Positions 1-13,770 of a stretch of DNA of 64,000 nucleotides are shown in pieces (position 1 is the first letter of the stretch; every line of letters starts with the position of its first letter). Source of the stretch: Octopus sinensis (taxonomy: Eukaryota). The stretch is taken from the NCBI RefSeq assembly GCF_006345805.1, contig NC_042997.1, positions 172,546,001 to 172,610,000 on the forward strand, given 5' to 3'. The translations under genes were made by a program, and so were the position numbers. Below the pieces are notes generated by a model. That model had not been told where the DNA came from. It did not search any database and worked only from the letters and a program-made list of their open reading frames with translations.

Positions 1-734
1 AATAGGTATGGATTTGGCTATACGGTAAACAAGTTTGCTTCCCAGCCACGTGGTTTAGCGTTCAGTCCCACTGTGTGGAACCTTGGGCAGGTGTTTTCTG
101 CTGTAGACCGAGCCAACCAAAGCCTTGTGAATGAATTTGGTAAACAGAATCTGAAAGAAGCCCAATGTGTGTCTGTCTGTCTCATTTGTTGTAAATGAGT
201 ACCATTCATTTCCAATATTCTGTGGTAATGTCTGGGTTACCCAACAGGTAAGGGTTGGCAACAGGAAGGGAATCCAACTGTAGAAAATCTGCCTCAATAG
301 ACTCTGTCTGACCTATGCAAGCATGGAAGAGTGGATATTACAATGATGAGGTCTGTCAAAAAGGAAGCCAGATTTTTTTATAAAGCAATTACCATCTATT
401 TCAACTCCATTCCCACTTAGGCAAGTGTCTTCTATGTATGTGTGTGGTGTGTGAGAGTTTGAAAGTTTCTTGTCTCTTAGGAACATTGTATTCTAACTGT
501 AAACAAACTGCACCATTATACTAATGGTGCTGGTCACTAGCAATCTTCTTTGGAAGAACATCCAGGCATTGTGCTGTGCATGTTCAAAGGATTGGAGAAA
601 ATTTCCTTGTTTGGAAACTGTTGGTGATTGACAACAGGAAGAACATCCATTCAGAGAAAATTCTGTTTCAGTGAATTTCATTTTGGCTCACACAAGCATA
701 GAAAAGTGAATGTTAGAGTAATGGCAATGATGTC

Positions 735-1376
735 TCCTTCAAAATTGTTCCCTCCACTACTGATGTACTGCTCCTCACCTTTTCTTTTCTTTGCGGTATT
801 GGAATGCATTTTCAAAAGTAGTATGCAGTTCTCAGAAAATTTTCTAACTTTTCTTCTATTATCTGAAATCAGCAGCAACCTTCAGAGTATCAAAAATCTG
901 CAGAAGCCCAATCTTAAGAGTAGGCTTAGGCTCCTGAGGGTTGGGGAAGAGCCATCCCATGCTTTGCCAAAAAGTCATAGATAAGATGTGCTGTCTAAGT
1001 AGGCAACATCCAGATTTTGTTTGTCCAAGTCTCAAGTCTCTTCTTTCATACTGCTTCTCTCAAACACCAACCTGATTGGAAACACTCACTCCTGACATTG
1101 CATTTGGCTTCATACATTATTGGAAAAGTCTCTGTAGAAGTTTTCCCCTCTGAAACACTATTTCATCCAAACACATTACTCCATTGTCCTACTTGTATCA
1201 AGTTACCAACTGCACAAGCATTCCATGTTGCAGATTAATGACTGATATACCATGATGTGGCTATTATTAGACTGAAGGGCAAGCTCACCTGTATACAGTA
1301 CTGCAGTCATGAGTACACTCCACTGGCTGGTTGGCATGCAGTTTTAAAAGTTTAGTGTCTTTTTGGACAGACTGTG
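735..1376 (-). mobile_element. Highly degenerate mariner remnant
   Basis: Minus strand gives GKTSTETFPIMYEA (N-terminal HTH-like) and YISSGGNNFEGD (mariner C-terminal YFEGD-like); cagtctgtccaaaa TIR-like end. Confidence 0.45.
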
Positions 1377-2762
1377 TATGTGTGTGCACGTGCATACAAC
1401 AAAACCTCCTGAAACTAGAAACCCTTTGTTAAGTATTACCCCAAAGAAGGACAATTATTCTATTAAAGTATGGCGTAATGGAAACAACAAAACCATCATA
1501 ATCCAAGAAATCAAGAACCCTTTCACAAGTTCAACCCTATGAGAATGCAGGACGACTTAGAATTGTAAGACCATACAAATGATAGTAGTAGTTGTCTCCT
1601 CCTCCTAAATACCTCCTTCTGTACAGATATGAAAATTGTTATTTTTGTTATTCATTGGCAGAATCAGTAAAGTGTCAGATAAACTACCTTGTAGTATTTA
1701 GCTACATCCTTCGATGTTCTGAATTTGAATCCTAATCACAATCAACTTTTGTCTTTTATCCTTCTGGGTCATTATTTTATTGAGTATCAGAGTTAGTGTA
1801 TTAACTACACCCTCCTTTGAGAATTGTCTGGCCCTGTGCCTAAGTTAGAAATTGTTATTGTTGTTGTCATCATCATCACCATCATCAGTATCATCATCAT
1901 TAATTGTTCATTATCTCGGCTGTTATTGTTGCAAGGAATTTATTGTGAATAATAGTGAATTAGGCAAGATTAATTCAGGGATGTCTAGTTAGGTACCACA
2001 ATTCAATTTGCACTGGGGGATCAAATTAGCCTTGATTCAATTGATTATATCCAAATTTGCCTTTGTCATGTTCAATCAAAACAAATAATTACAATTATTA
2101 ATCCGTTTCAAGAGAGCAGGATAGCAGACACAGTTATAGTGCATGACAAAATTCTTATGCAATATTCAGTTATGACTCCCACATTTTGTATTCCGATCGC
2201 ATTGGAGTTGATTTTGTATATTTTAACCCCCATCATCAATAAACTATCTTGTAATATACATGGAGTAAAATTTCATGTGTTGGACATGGTTAGTTTTTTT
2301 AACTTTCAGACTTGATAAAACAATTAGCGATAATAAATTATGAATTAATTTCTGTATCGCTTTGTGTAATTTATAGCCTTGCATCATTGTTAGAACTCAC
2401 CCTCATCATCATTTTAATGCCCACTTTTCCATGCTGACATGGTTCAAACAGAACTTGTAGCAGCTTTTCTATAGCTGGATACCCTTCCTATTTCCAGCCC
2501 CCACTTGCTTCAAAGTAAGGTAATATTTCCCCATGACCAGGCATATTTTTCATGGAAGATAAGAAATGGACACCATTTGCATGAAGGTGTCATTCTTTTA
2601 CAACTATGACACAATGTCAAGGCCAAGAGATAGTAACACTCACTTGCATATACATTGGGCTTCTTTCAGTTTCCATCTACCAAATCCACTCACAGTTTTG
2701 GTCAGCTTTGGGGCTATAGTAGAAGACAGTTGCCCAAGATGCCACACAGCCATACCTGCTAC

Positions 2763-2986
2763 TTAACCCTTTCATTACCAACCCGGCTGAAACCGGCTCT
2801 GGCTCTGAGTACAAATGTCTTGTTTTCATAAGTTTTGAATTAAAATCTTCCACCAAACCCTAGTCACAATCTATGTTCCTAACACTAGCTGAACAATAAG
2901 TTATTTGATTAAATTCTTTGTTATATTCAAAGTAATTCAAAGAAATACAGAGCATCTCAAAATAAATACAGTAACGAAAGGGTTAA
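2763..2986. mobile_element. piggyBac-like MITE
   Basis: TTAA|CCCTTTC..TTAC ... GTAACGAAAGGG|TTAA. Inverted copy at 17249-17476, partial copy at about 49786-49972. Confidence 0.85.
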
Positions 2987-4344
2987 TATTGAGAGTAAAA
3001 TAGCAGAAACAATTGAGTGATTTGTCAAAATTCTTTTGCACTATTTACATTCTCAACTGAAATCATCTATTGGTTGATTTTTCCTATTACACCTTCTCTG
3101 TCAATAAAATAAAATACCAGCAATAAACTGGTAGTCAATTTAATATTCCCCAACACTTGTAACTGTGTATGTCAATGTTGGAAATTACTGTTAATCAACT
3201 TCAAAAACACACACACATTGATGTCAGATTACTGCTGCTGGATTAACTGTGAATCAACTGGTTGTATAATGCTGTCTAGTTCTTTTATGAAAGGTTTTCT
3301 TGGCATTAATAGTTTTCTTTTGCACGATATAATTCATTTAATTCTTTGCTCCCATTTTCTCTCTTTCATTCACACTCATAATTAAATTAAAATAAATATT
3401 TCAATCAAAAGATGATAAAATAGCTGAGTCAGGACCAATTCCAACATTTTAAAGATTCACTAATATTTTCTTGTCTTTGCGTATTTGTATAGAAGCCAAA
3501 ATTCGTGTTCTGTATGCCTCTGGTTATTTAAGAAACAGGAAATTTATCAATAGTTTTAGCAAGCTCGTATTAACTAACTATTATTATACATTTGTCAAGA
3601 ATTGTATGGCAGCAGAAACAGTAAACTGCCAGACATGAAATGCTTTACAATATTTAAGCATGTCTTTTTCTCTTTTCCTTCCACAGATAATTATTCTCAT
3701 TCCCCACCGTCAATGGACCACTGTCCAAAACGTCAAACACACACTTAATTTGTTCTTTACAGTATAAAATATTGTGTACTGTTGACTCGTGTTGTGTCCA
3801 CTGTTTTTTCACTGGTTTATTCAGCACACTGATACAGACACTTGGTTTATCAGATTACACTGGATCTAGTATTAATATTTATGTTCTAGAGGTGGTGAGC
3901 TGGCAGACTCATTAGCATGCTGGGCAGAATGCTTAGCAGCATTTCATCCATCCTTAATATTCTGAGTTCAAGTTCCTCTGGGGTCCATTTTGTCTTTCAT
4001 CCTTTCGGGGTCAATAAAATAAATACCAGTTGAGTAATGAAGTCAATGTAATCGTTTTAGCCCTTCCCCCTAAATTGCTGGCCCTGTGCCAAAATTTGGA
4101 ACCAGTATTTCATTCATGTTCTGTTATGCTCTTAGTTCAAATCATAATGGAGGCTAACATCCTTTTGAGATAGATTTAGAAATTTCTAGTCAAATACCAC
4201 GCTTCATTAAAATGACTTCATGGCCTCCTCCAGAAAAACTGTCCTTGTGGTGCCAAAATTAGAAACAATTAACAGAGTTAGCAGAAATGCTAAAGCAGAT
4301 GACTAAATCCATCACAATAATTTTATTTCATTTTTCTACATTAT

Positions 4345-4965
4345 ATAGTGGAAACGCTATGTGATGAGGTGGAAATGGTGAGAGGGTTTTGTTATTTTGG
4401 AGATAGGATGTAAGTGATGGATGTGAAGCAGCTGTGACAGCAAGAGCAAGACTTGGCTGGGTAAAGTTCAGGGAATGTAGAGTGTTATTATATGTGAAAA
4501 GGTTCTCCTTGAAGATGAAAGGAAGGGTTTATCAGAGTTGCGTGAGATCTGCAATGCTGTATGGGAGTGAGACATGGTGTCTGAGGGAAAGCAAAATGGC
4601 AATTTTGAGACGGACCGAGAGTGCGATGGTGGGAGCAATGTATGGTGTGAAACTATTGGATAAAAGGAGGGCTGAGGACTTGATGGGGATACTGGTGTCG
4701 GAGGAATCGGTGGAACAGCTGGCAAGCGCAAATGGAATGCAGTCATATGGAAATGTGTTCTGAGGAGAGTGCTTGAGTTTAAAGTGAATGAGCTGCAAAA
4801 GTAAGATCGACCAAAGAAAACGTGGAGGGGACAGGTGGAGGAGGAGATTGAGGAGGAGGATGTCTAAAACCGGGCGAGATGGTGTGAGAGCAGTTGCTGT
4901 AAGAGTGAGGTAGATCTAGCCACCCCTGTTAATGGGGACAAACCCGGATTTAAAATATTGGGATT
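4345..4965 (+). mobile_element. Degenerate RTE LINE 3' fragment (different subfamily)
   Basis: TARARLGWVKFREC...KGRVYQSCVRSAMLYGSETW aligns with the C-terminal part of the 24983-26203 ORF; contains stops and frameshifts. Confidence 0.85.
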
Positions 4966-5033
4966 CATTCATATCTTTAAACATTGTTTAAGATTTGTTT
5001 TCCTTTAATCTCTGATTTTAATAAATATTTATT

Positions 5034-5778
5034 GCCAAATAACTCCAACTTTGTCTCCTCAGACCAGAATAGCTGACCAAAAACTGGACTGTTGCTTCAG
5101 ATAACCTCTGATGAGACAAAGTTGGAGTTATTTGGCCACATGGGTACTGAATACGTCTTGAGGAAGAAAGGAGAAGCATACAAGCCAAAGAACTTTGTGC
5201 CCACTGTCAAGCATGGTGGTGGAAGCATAATGCTATGGGGATGCATCTCTTTCAGTGACACAGGTAACCTTGTTGAAGTCCATGGAATCATGAGGAAAAC
5301 AAGTGAGAACTTGTGGTGAGACTTGAAGACCTGAGTGATGGTTAGGAAACCAACCAACCTGACACCACTCGAGGCTTTCGCTAATGAAGAGTAGGCCAAT
5401 ATCTCATAGGAGACATGCAGGAAGCTTGTGAACACATACAGGAATCATCTAGAAGCAGACATAAAAAACAAAGGCTATGCTATTGATTACTAAAGGAAGA
5501 TATCAGACTCAACAAACCTTGAGTATGAATAATTTTGAACAGCCAAACCATCTAACCCATGCCAGCATGGAAAGCGGACATTAAACGATGATGGTGATGC
5601 TGGTGGCACTTTTTGAAAATCCATGAATAAAATAACACTGAAATGAAGAATTTCTTGAATTATGTATTGATGTTATTTTTTCACTGCTGGTCACATATAA
5701 CTCACAAACAAACTTGACAAAATGCATTCATTTCATCACAAAATAATTTTGAGATGAATAATTTTGAGGACAACTGTA
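5034..5778 (+). mobile_element. Tc1-family transposon remnant (internally deleted, interrupted by a repeat tail)
   Basis: SDETKLELFG...PTVKHGGGSIMLWGC, C-terminal KNKGYAIDY*, and right-end TIR atgaataattttgaggacaactg followed by TA. Confidence 0.85.
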
Positions 5779-6888
5779 TATATATGTGTGTGTGTATGTG
5801 TGGCAGATGCCAGCGCCGCCTGACTGGCATCCGTGTTGGTGACACGTAAAAGCACCAACCGATCGTGGCCGTTTGCCAGCCTGCTCTGGCCTCTGTGCCG
5901 GTGGCACGTAAAAAACACCCACTACACTCACGGAGTGGTTGGCATTAGGAAGGGCATTCAGCTGTAGAAACACTGCCAAATCAGACTAGAGCCTGGTGCA
6001 GCCTCCATGGCTTACCAGACTCCGGTCGAACCGTCCAACTCATGCTAGCATGGAAAACGGACGTTAAATGATGATGATGTATATCCACTCTACCTAAAAT
6101 TTTGAGTTTTATATCAGATGTTTTCAACTGTTACATTTCAATGTATATAGAAAATTTATGTATGTGTGTGCGACCAGGAATTCATTGGTGAGTGTACCTT
6201 CCTTTTTTAGGACAACTGTATATATAGTGTGAATTAACTTAGATTTGGCTACTATTTCCAGCAGCCATTATTCATAGAAACTTTCTAGTTGGTTCACAAA
6301 CTAATTTGAGTGATATATACCTCATGAGCATGTGAACTAAAGCAACATAAGATTATGCATGCTGTATAGAAATTTTATAGAATCACTGCTGCAACAAAAC
6401 ATGTTAGATATCGAACTACTCAAACTGTGCCACTTTTAGTAACTGTGTTACTTTTAGAAATGCAAATACCGTTAAATGCATTTATTTCATAGTAATAATA
6501 ATAACCCTTTTGTTGGACATTTGTCATGCTGTTTACATGGAATCACAACAATACCATTGTTGCTCTCTCCAGAAAATTCATAGATTCTCTCCTGGAAATT
6601 GATTTCTGCGCGTAATTCTGTTTATATATATAAACAATGAATTGTCTTGGTAGAAAAAGGATGCTTCATATTTGGTTATATGTAATACATAGTTTAAAAT
6701 CTCCATGTGGTATAAACTTAGTTTCTGCTGTAAAACTGTTTTAACATTTTCTTGAGAATTAATTATTTCTGCTGTTTACAAAAGAAAAAAAAACGTAATA
6801 AAAATCAATTTTAAAGTTTTATTGCAAATAATGGAGTATAATGAAAAATGTGACATGGTAATGATCTTCACCTGTTTGGAATTTGATT

Positions 6889-6890
<2 letters not shown>

Positions 6891-6930
<40 letters not shown>
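6891..6930. repeat. (CA)n microsatellite
   Basis: Seen directly. Confidence 0.95.
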
Positions 6931-6933
<3 letters not shown>

Positions 6934-9459
6934 GTAAAACAACATAATCAAGATAGATGAGACTGACTTTATCTATGCACAAGATCACATGTTTATTGAA
7001 GGAAATGAATCTGTGTTACATTAATGCCCATTTTCATGAACACTTGTGGTAAATCAAATTGAGATTTGAAACCAGCTCTACTATAGACACTTTTAATTAC
7101 AAACTGTTAACCCTTTGCCTTCCCTAATATCATGTGATATGCAAGACATGTTTTCCCCGATATCCATGTGTCAAGTATGACACACATTCCTAACTTTTTT
7201 CAGCCACCAGAGTGGCTTGGTGATTATAAAAGGAAAGGTTTCTCTTACTTTGAGCCCTTGAAACAAGGGCTAACTAGAATTCTGAAAACAAGCATGGACA
7301 CTTAGGTCAGACTTATGAAAATGATTTAAACCTTTATCATTCAGATTACTCCTTCAAATTTAATAATGATGCATTATCTTGTAGGTGTGACATTTTCAAA
7401 ATGTGATTGCTTAGTTTTAGATATTGTAGGATAGAGAATTGAGAAGCCAGATATAAGCTAGTTTGAATACTAAAGGGTTAATGTGATTAGTTGCTCTGTT
7501 AGAAATAATAGCCAAATCTCTCAAGCCACACTCTATCTTTAAAAAGGAAAGACATATTGGAAAGATAAATGTATTTCTAGATAGCCCTAAAAACATGCTT
7601 TTGGTCAAAGTTTTGCTCCATTAGATGTGAGCTGAGCATAAACAACAGCTCCTCCTTTTACTGGTTTGATACTTATTTTGTTGACCTCAGAAAAATGAAA
7701 GGCTAAGTACATGAAATTAAAACACCTGTGACACGTAAAAAGCACCATCCGAACGTGGTTGATGCCAGCGCTGCCTTGACTGGCTTCCGTGCCAGTGGCA
7801 CGTAAAAAGTACCAGCCGATCACGGCCGTTGCCAGCTTGCCTGGCACGTCAAAAGCACCCACTACACTCACGAGTGGTTGGCGTTAGAAAGGGCATCCAA
7901 CTGTAGAAACACTGCCAGATCAGACTGGAGCCTGGTGCAGCCTTTTGACTTCCCAGACGCTGGTCGAACTGTCCAACCCATGCTAGCATGGAAAACAGAC
8001 GTTAAACGATGATGATGATGAAAGTAAAAGGCTATAACTAAATTCCAAAAAATCTTTTTATTCACTGTTCAAACAATCTATTATCATAATTATGTGATAA
8101 GAAAGATGTGCATGTTTTTCTTCAAGAAATTACATATTTCCGTGTCAGTAGTGTAAATTCATATTCTTTTCTTTTAGTGGTTTCACCCAGAGTCTGGTGC
8201 TATATATATATATAATTTTCAATGTTCAAAACTCTCTTCTTTATTATGTCTTGTAAAAAGGGGTTCTGTCTTCAATGTAAATGCATCAGTGAGCTTTTCT
8301 TTCCATGTTATTAGTTAAGAATTACTGGTTAAAATAATGAACCCTTGTGATGATGTTGATGTATAAAGTTGATATCACAAATACTCAAAAAAATAGATAT
8401 GTATATAACTGTGGCCTGGCATTGTGTTTGCATTTAAAAAACTTTTTTTTTTTTAATGGTTTACAAGGATGCACTGCATCTCATTTTAGATATTTTCCTA
8501 ATTAGTGTGGGGAAATTGTGGAAGAAATCATTACTTGTGGGCTGCTGTAGTAGGAAGTATTATGTCAGTATAATGAACTGAGGCTGGAGAGACCTGGCCT
8601 GAAAGCTGGTGCTGAAGAGTGTTAAAGGCATCCAAGGATTAGATCTTTCATTTATAAGTATTTACAATTTGACAGGCTGTCTTGGGGGGTTTTTTTGGGG
8701 TTTTTTTTTTTACATGAAGATACTGGCTTAAGGTTCCACTCTGTTGGGTCAGACTGGAACCACATGATAGTTTTTATCTATTCACTGACTGCAACCATGC
8801 TAGGACACTGCTGCCTTGAAGTGTTTGGTCAAACAAATTGACCCCGGTATTTATTCTTTGGGGGCTTATTCTATCAGTCTCTTCTTGCCAAACTGCCGAT
8901 TTATGGAAACATAAACAGCCAATACTGGTTGTCAAGTGGTGTTAGGGGACAAGGACAAACACACACACATGTCAGGTTTCCATACAGTTTCCGTCTACCA
9001 AATTTACTCACAAGGTATTGGTTGGCCTTGCACTTAGCCATGTCTGTAATAGATGTGTTACTTTTTTTTCTCTTATATTTTCTTTTTATTCCTGTATAAA
9101 GATTAATGAAAATGAAATATATACATATTCCACATGTTAAAGAGTATCTATTTTCTTCAGAACTGTTTTATTATTATATAATGCCTTTAATATTGCTCTT
9201 AATTCATTTTCCATTTCATATCAAACTTTCTCATGTTATAATTGTGTAATCATGTAATATGCTGTGTTTTTGTATGCATGTCTGTATGCATCTGTGCATG
9301 TATGTGCACATATCATGTGTAAATAAATCATTTCTCATGCCATGTTATATTTAACATAAGTCTATAAAGATTTTTTTTTTAATTCTATACTGAATACTTA
9401 TTTTTCTTTAAAACTTTTTTAAACTTTTTTTTTTCCATTTTATTAAAATTTTTATTCAG

Positions 9460-9504
9460 GTGGGTTTTTGAGACCATCCCCTGTCCGGTTAGGCAAAAAG
9501 CCAG
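9460..9504 (+). CDS. Candidate 45-nt upstream exon of the E(z) gene (xGFLRPSPVRLGKKP)
   Basis: Long T-rich tract plus ttcag acceptor and CAG|gtaggg donor. GC-richer island in AT-rich DNA. Phase 1-1 and open in the frame that joins exon 22246. No homology support. Confidence 0.5.
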
Positions 9505-11344
9505 GTAGGGCTTCTCTATTAATATATCCTCTAGATATTTTCTGCCTCATATACTTCTGTTGTTGTTTTTTTTTCTCTTTTTTTATTTACATTATTTTGG
9601 TTTTATACATACATGTTGTTTTTTTTTTACGTTTTTATATTATATTAAATATGTATAAATATACATTGAATATATATAGTGTAATGTTCCGTTTATTGAT
9701 GTTTTCAATAAAGAAGTACTCCATCCAGCAATAGATGAATATTTAATATACACATAATTTAAAATTGAGCTACTGTAAGTTCCATGATTATGGTACTGAA
9801 ATTGGGTGAGTTTGTATAGCCTGTCATATGCTATTGGGCAATCTGTCAGACTCGAGATACAACATGGCTGCTCTCTGAGAAAACATGAGAAAGAATGAAA
9901 GAAAAAGGCACATGACAAAAAGAGACCAAAAAAATGCACAATGAAGGATGTTCCCTTAGTCTATTAAAGTGGGAATAAATGATGGTTAAAGTGATTAACT
10001 CAACAGAGAAAGGTTAAAGTTTGTCAGACAGTATGCTTGATCTGGAAACTCCAATGACCTACTGAATTCCAGATATGAAATTTTTACTAGGTGCAAGCAT
10101 ATGGATAGCTTTCTACTATTGAACTGGAGAACACCACTCTCTCCAGATTAAGCATACTGTCGTCCTCTGTTGAATGAACCACTCTAACTATTGTTGATTC
10201 CCACTTTAATACATCAAGACGATACAACTCATACTCTCTTCCTTCTGTACTTTTTACTTTATCTTTTTTTGTTATGTGTTTGTTTCTCTCAGAGAGCAAC
10301 CATGTATCTTGAGTCTAAAAGATTGCCCATTTGTACATGACATATTATACAAGGTTACTCAGCTATAGTACTATTGTTAGCATGAAACTTATAGTATCTC
10401 AATTTTAAATCCTGTGTACATTAAAGATTATTTATATATATATAATGGAAATGTGATTAGAGGAATTACTCAGTGGTCAGTGGCATGAATTTAGACTGCA
10501 AAGATGAAGAAGCATATGTTAATTATTGTACAAAATAAATTCTTGATTTCATGGAGCCATCTTCATTTTAAGAGGAAGGGAGACAAATTAACACCCTTAG
10601 TAGTGATTGCTACTGATTCTAAGTGATAAGGGATGATGATTTTGAAAGGAATCAAGTGTTGTCATACCTTAACATCGGCCAGACATAAGAATTAAAGATA
10701 TACAGAATATTGTACAAGATAAATTTTTGATTTAAAGAAACTGGTTTTGCTGAGAGAAAGGAAGCAAATACCTAGTGATGATTGCTACCAGCTCCAAATG
10801 AACAGGAGTGATCAAAAGGAATTAAGAATTCTTTTAACCAAATTAACATGCCATTAAGTAATAAGTAAATTTTTTTTTTTTTTTTATGGAGACAAGACTA
10901 CAGCTGTGAATGTGTGTTTCTGCCCCAGAACAGCATTATCAGAACAGCATTGTTTTACCTTGTCTCCATCCAGACTTAAGTCTTAGACATAAAAAAATTA
11001 TTTAAGAACATATACACATATATGGTAAATGTATGAGCCAAATACTGAGATTTACTCTAAGCAATTGATATTCCTCCCTTGTAATTTGTGCCCTTGTGAT
11101 TATTATTTTATTGTTTATTTTATATTTTATGTTAAATTATTTTTTTGTATTATCCTTTCCTTCTGAAATGATTTTTTTTTTAAAGATTATTTTCAAATTT
11201 CTATATATTTATGTATATATTTCTATGTTTCTAAGTTATCTTATGGCAACTGCTAGCATAGGTTTGTTTCTTTAAAAAGGGGTCAGGCTTAACATTCTTC
11301 TTTCTTTGATTGGCTCTGCTTCACTATCCTCACAAATAACATCA

Positions 11345-12315
11345 ACAGCAATAATAATAATGGTTTCAAATGTTGCCACAAGGGCAGCAATTTTGCAGGG
11401 AGGGGATGAGTTAATTACATCAACCCCAGTGGTACTTATTTTATTGACCCTGATAGGATGAAAGGTAAAGTTGACCTCAGCAGAATTTGAACTGAGAATG
11501 TACCAACGAGTGAAATGCCACTAAGCATTTTGTCCAGTGCACTAACAATTCTGTCAGCTCGCTGCCTTAATAAGTTTGGAGGAGGGGGGCTAGTTGATTA
11601 CGTTGACCCCAGTGCTCAACTGGTCCTTATTTTGTCAACCTTGGTGGAAATTGAACTCAGAACATAAAGTCAAACGAAATACTGCTTAGCATTTCTCCCA
11701 GAATAATAAATAATAATAGTAATAATAATAACCATGATAATGGTTTCAAATTTTAACACAAGGACAGCAGCTTAGTGAGAGTGTGTAAGTTGATAACATT
11801 AACTCCAGTGCTTGACTGGTACTTATTTTATCAATATCAAGAGTATGAAAAGCAAAATCGACCCTAGCAGAATTTGAATGTAAAAAGGCCTGAAGAAATT
11901 CTGCTAAGCATTTTCATTTGCTGTGCTAATGATTCTGCCAACTCACTGCCTAATAATAATCTTTTCTACTATAGGCACTAGTTGATTATATTGACCCTGA
12001 AAGGGTGAAAACCAAAGTTGGCCTTAACGGAATCTGAACAAAGACCAAAGCTGGAAGAAATATCACAAAGAATTTTGTCTTGTGTTCCAATAATTCTGCC
12101 AATTCTTTGCTTTAATGATAATGCTTTCAAATTTTGGCACAAGGCTATCAATTTTGAGAAAGGGATAGGTTGACTCCGGTGCTCAGCTGGTACTTATTTT
12201 ATCAACCTTGAATGGATGAAAAGCAAAGTTGAACTCAGAACATAAATGCCGCTAAGCATTTTGCCTGGTGTGCTAATGATTCTGCCCGCTTGCCGCCTTA
12301 CTAATAATAATGATA
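11345..12315 (-). repeat. Head-to-tail cluster of degenerate SINE copies separated by (TAA)n
   Basis: Repeated ggtacttattttat..gaaaggcaaagttgacc..gaatttgaactcagaa units. Confidence 0.8.
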
Positions 12316-12820
12316 ATGTCTTTCTATTTTTCTAAGTCTGTTTCTCTAACAATAACCACAATAGATAAATAAATAGATAAAGCAGTAAAGATTATTTTAA
12401 AATCTTTCTTCTCCAAGAATTCCATAGGTTATGTTGCACAAACACAATACACTTTATCTGTTACCTTTGTATGCCTCCACTGGCCGTGTAAACTTTCTTT
12501 GATTATCCTGTGAGGAGACACACAGTTGGGTCTTGCAGTAAGGTAGAGACATTTGGTTGTATTATTCAATTTCTGGTGCTTTCTTTATTATCATATATTA
12601 CTGATTGACCTTATTACTGTGTGAAAAGAAATTTCTTTACACTACTGAAGTGAAAAGAAAATTCTATTCATAGCTGTAGAGAAGATTGTAGATAAAAAAT
12701 AATATGGCTTATTGGAGCATTGAATCATTACAAAATATTTACTTGTCTTCTGGTTTGTCTGACGCTTGTGCTGACAACTTTTTTGTCTACACTGAAGTTT
12801 TTGTTTTAGAACTTCTGGAA

Positions 12821-12861
<41 letters not shown>

Positions 12862-13716
12862 GCTGCTTTCATAAGGAGAAATAGATAGAAGTGTTGGGTA
12901 TGACACATTCTGCAATTTAATTCACAGCTTTATTTCACTGCTTATAATAACATTTTGTGAAATGAAATAAGTTCATGTGCTGTGAAAGAGAAATGAGGTG
13001 TGATGCTTTTGATGGACAAGACCTTTCTTTGTAGAAATGAATGGTGTTGACTAGAAAGTTATCCTGCAATGCACAAGTCCGGGCAGATTTGTTTATGGAA
13101 GACTATCAGTCACCTGTGCATACCAGCCTGTCCTCTCCATGCTACTGATGCTATCGAAGGGAAAGACAAAGGCCAATACAGCTTGGCACCAGTGACGTTG
13201 CAACTCATTTCTACAGCTGAGTGAACTGGAGCAATGTGAAATAAAGTGTCTTTCTCAAGAACACAACACACAGCCTGGCCTGGGAATCAAACTCACTACA
13301 ACCTGAGCCATGCATATATATATGCATATGGTTCAAAATGTACCAAAAACAGAAAACAGACAGGCTCCATTTAGGTCTCTTCTGATTCTAAGTCTCAGTT
13401 TAATGCCCTCCCTCACTCACTCATTATTCTCTTATCTGTCATTAACCTCCTCTCTTATCAAGGCATCTCCTTACTACTACTCTCTTTCTATCTCTCACTC
13501 CCTATCATCATCATTTAACATCCGTTGTCCATGCTGGCATGGGTTGGACAAGTTGATAGAGCCCTTACAGTGTCAGATAGAATAATCGTAGCATTTGTTC
13601 TGGCTCTGTCTCCACTGTTCAAATGCAACCAAAGTCAACTCTATCTTTCTTTCTCCCACTGTCACTCACTCTCCTTCCCTCCCTCCCTCCTCCTGTCTCT
13701 CTCTTCCTGTCTCTCT

Positions 13717-13770
<54 letters not shown>

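Noticed and set aside
5108-5120. CTGATGA hammerhead-core motifs (also near 40118, 41434, 54339)
   Set aside because: No surrounding three-stem junction with GAAA; the 5108 copy is transposase coding sequence (SDE).
9980-10830. Possible ancient retroelement remnant on the minus strand
   Set aside because: Too degenerate to assign a motif by eye.
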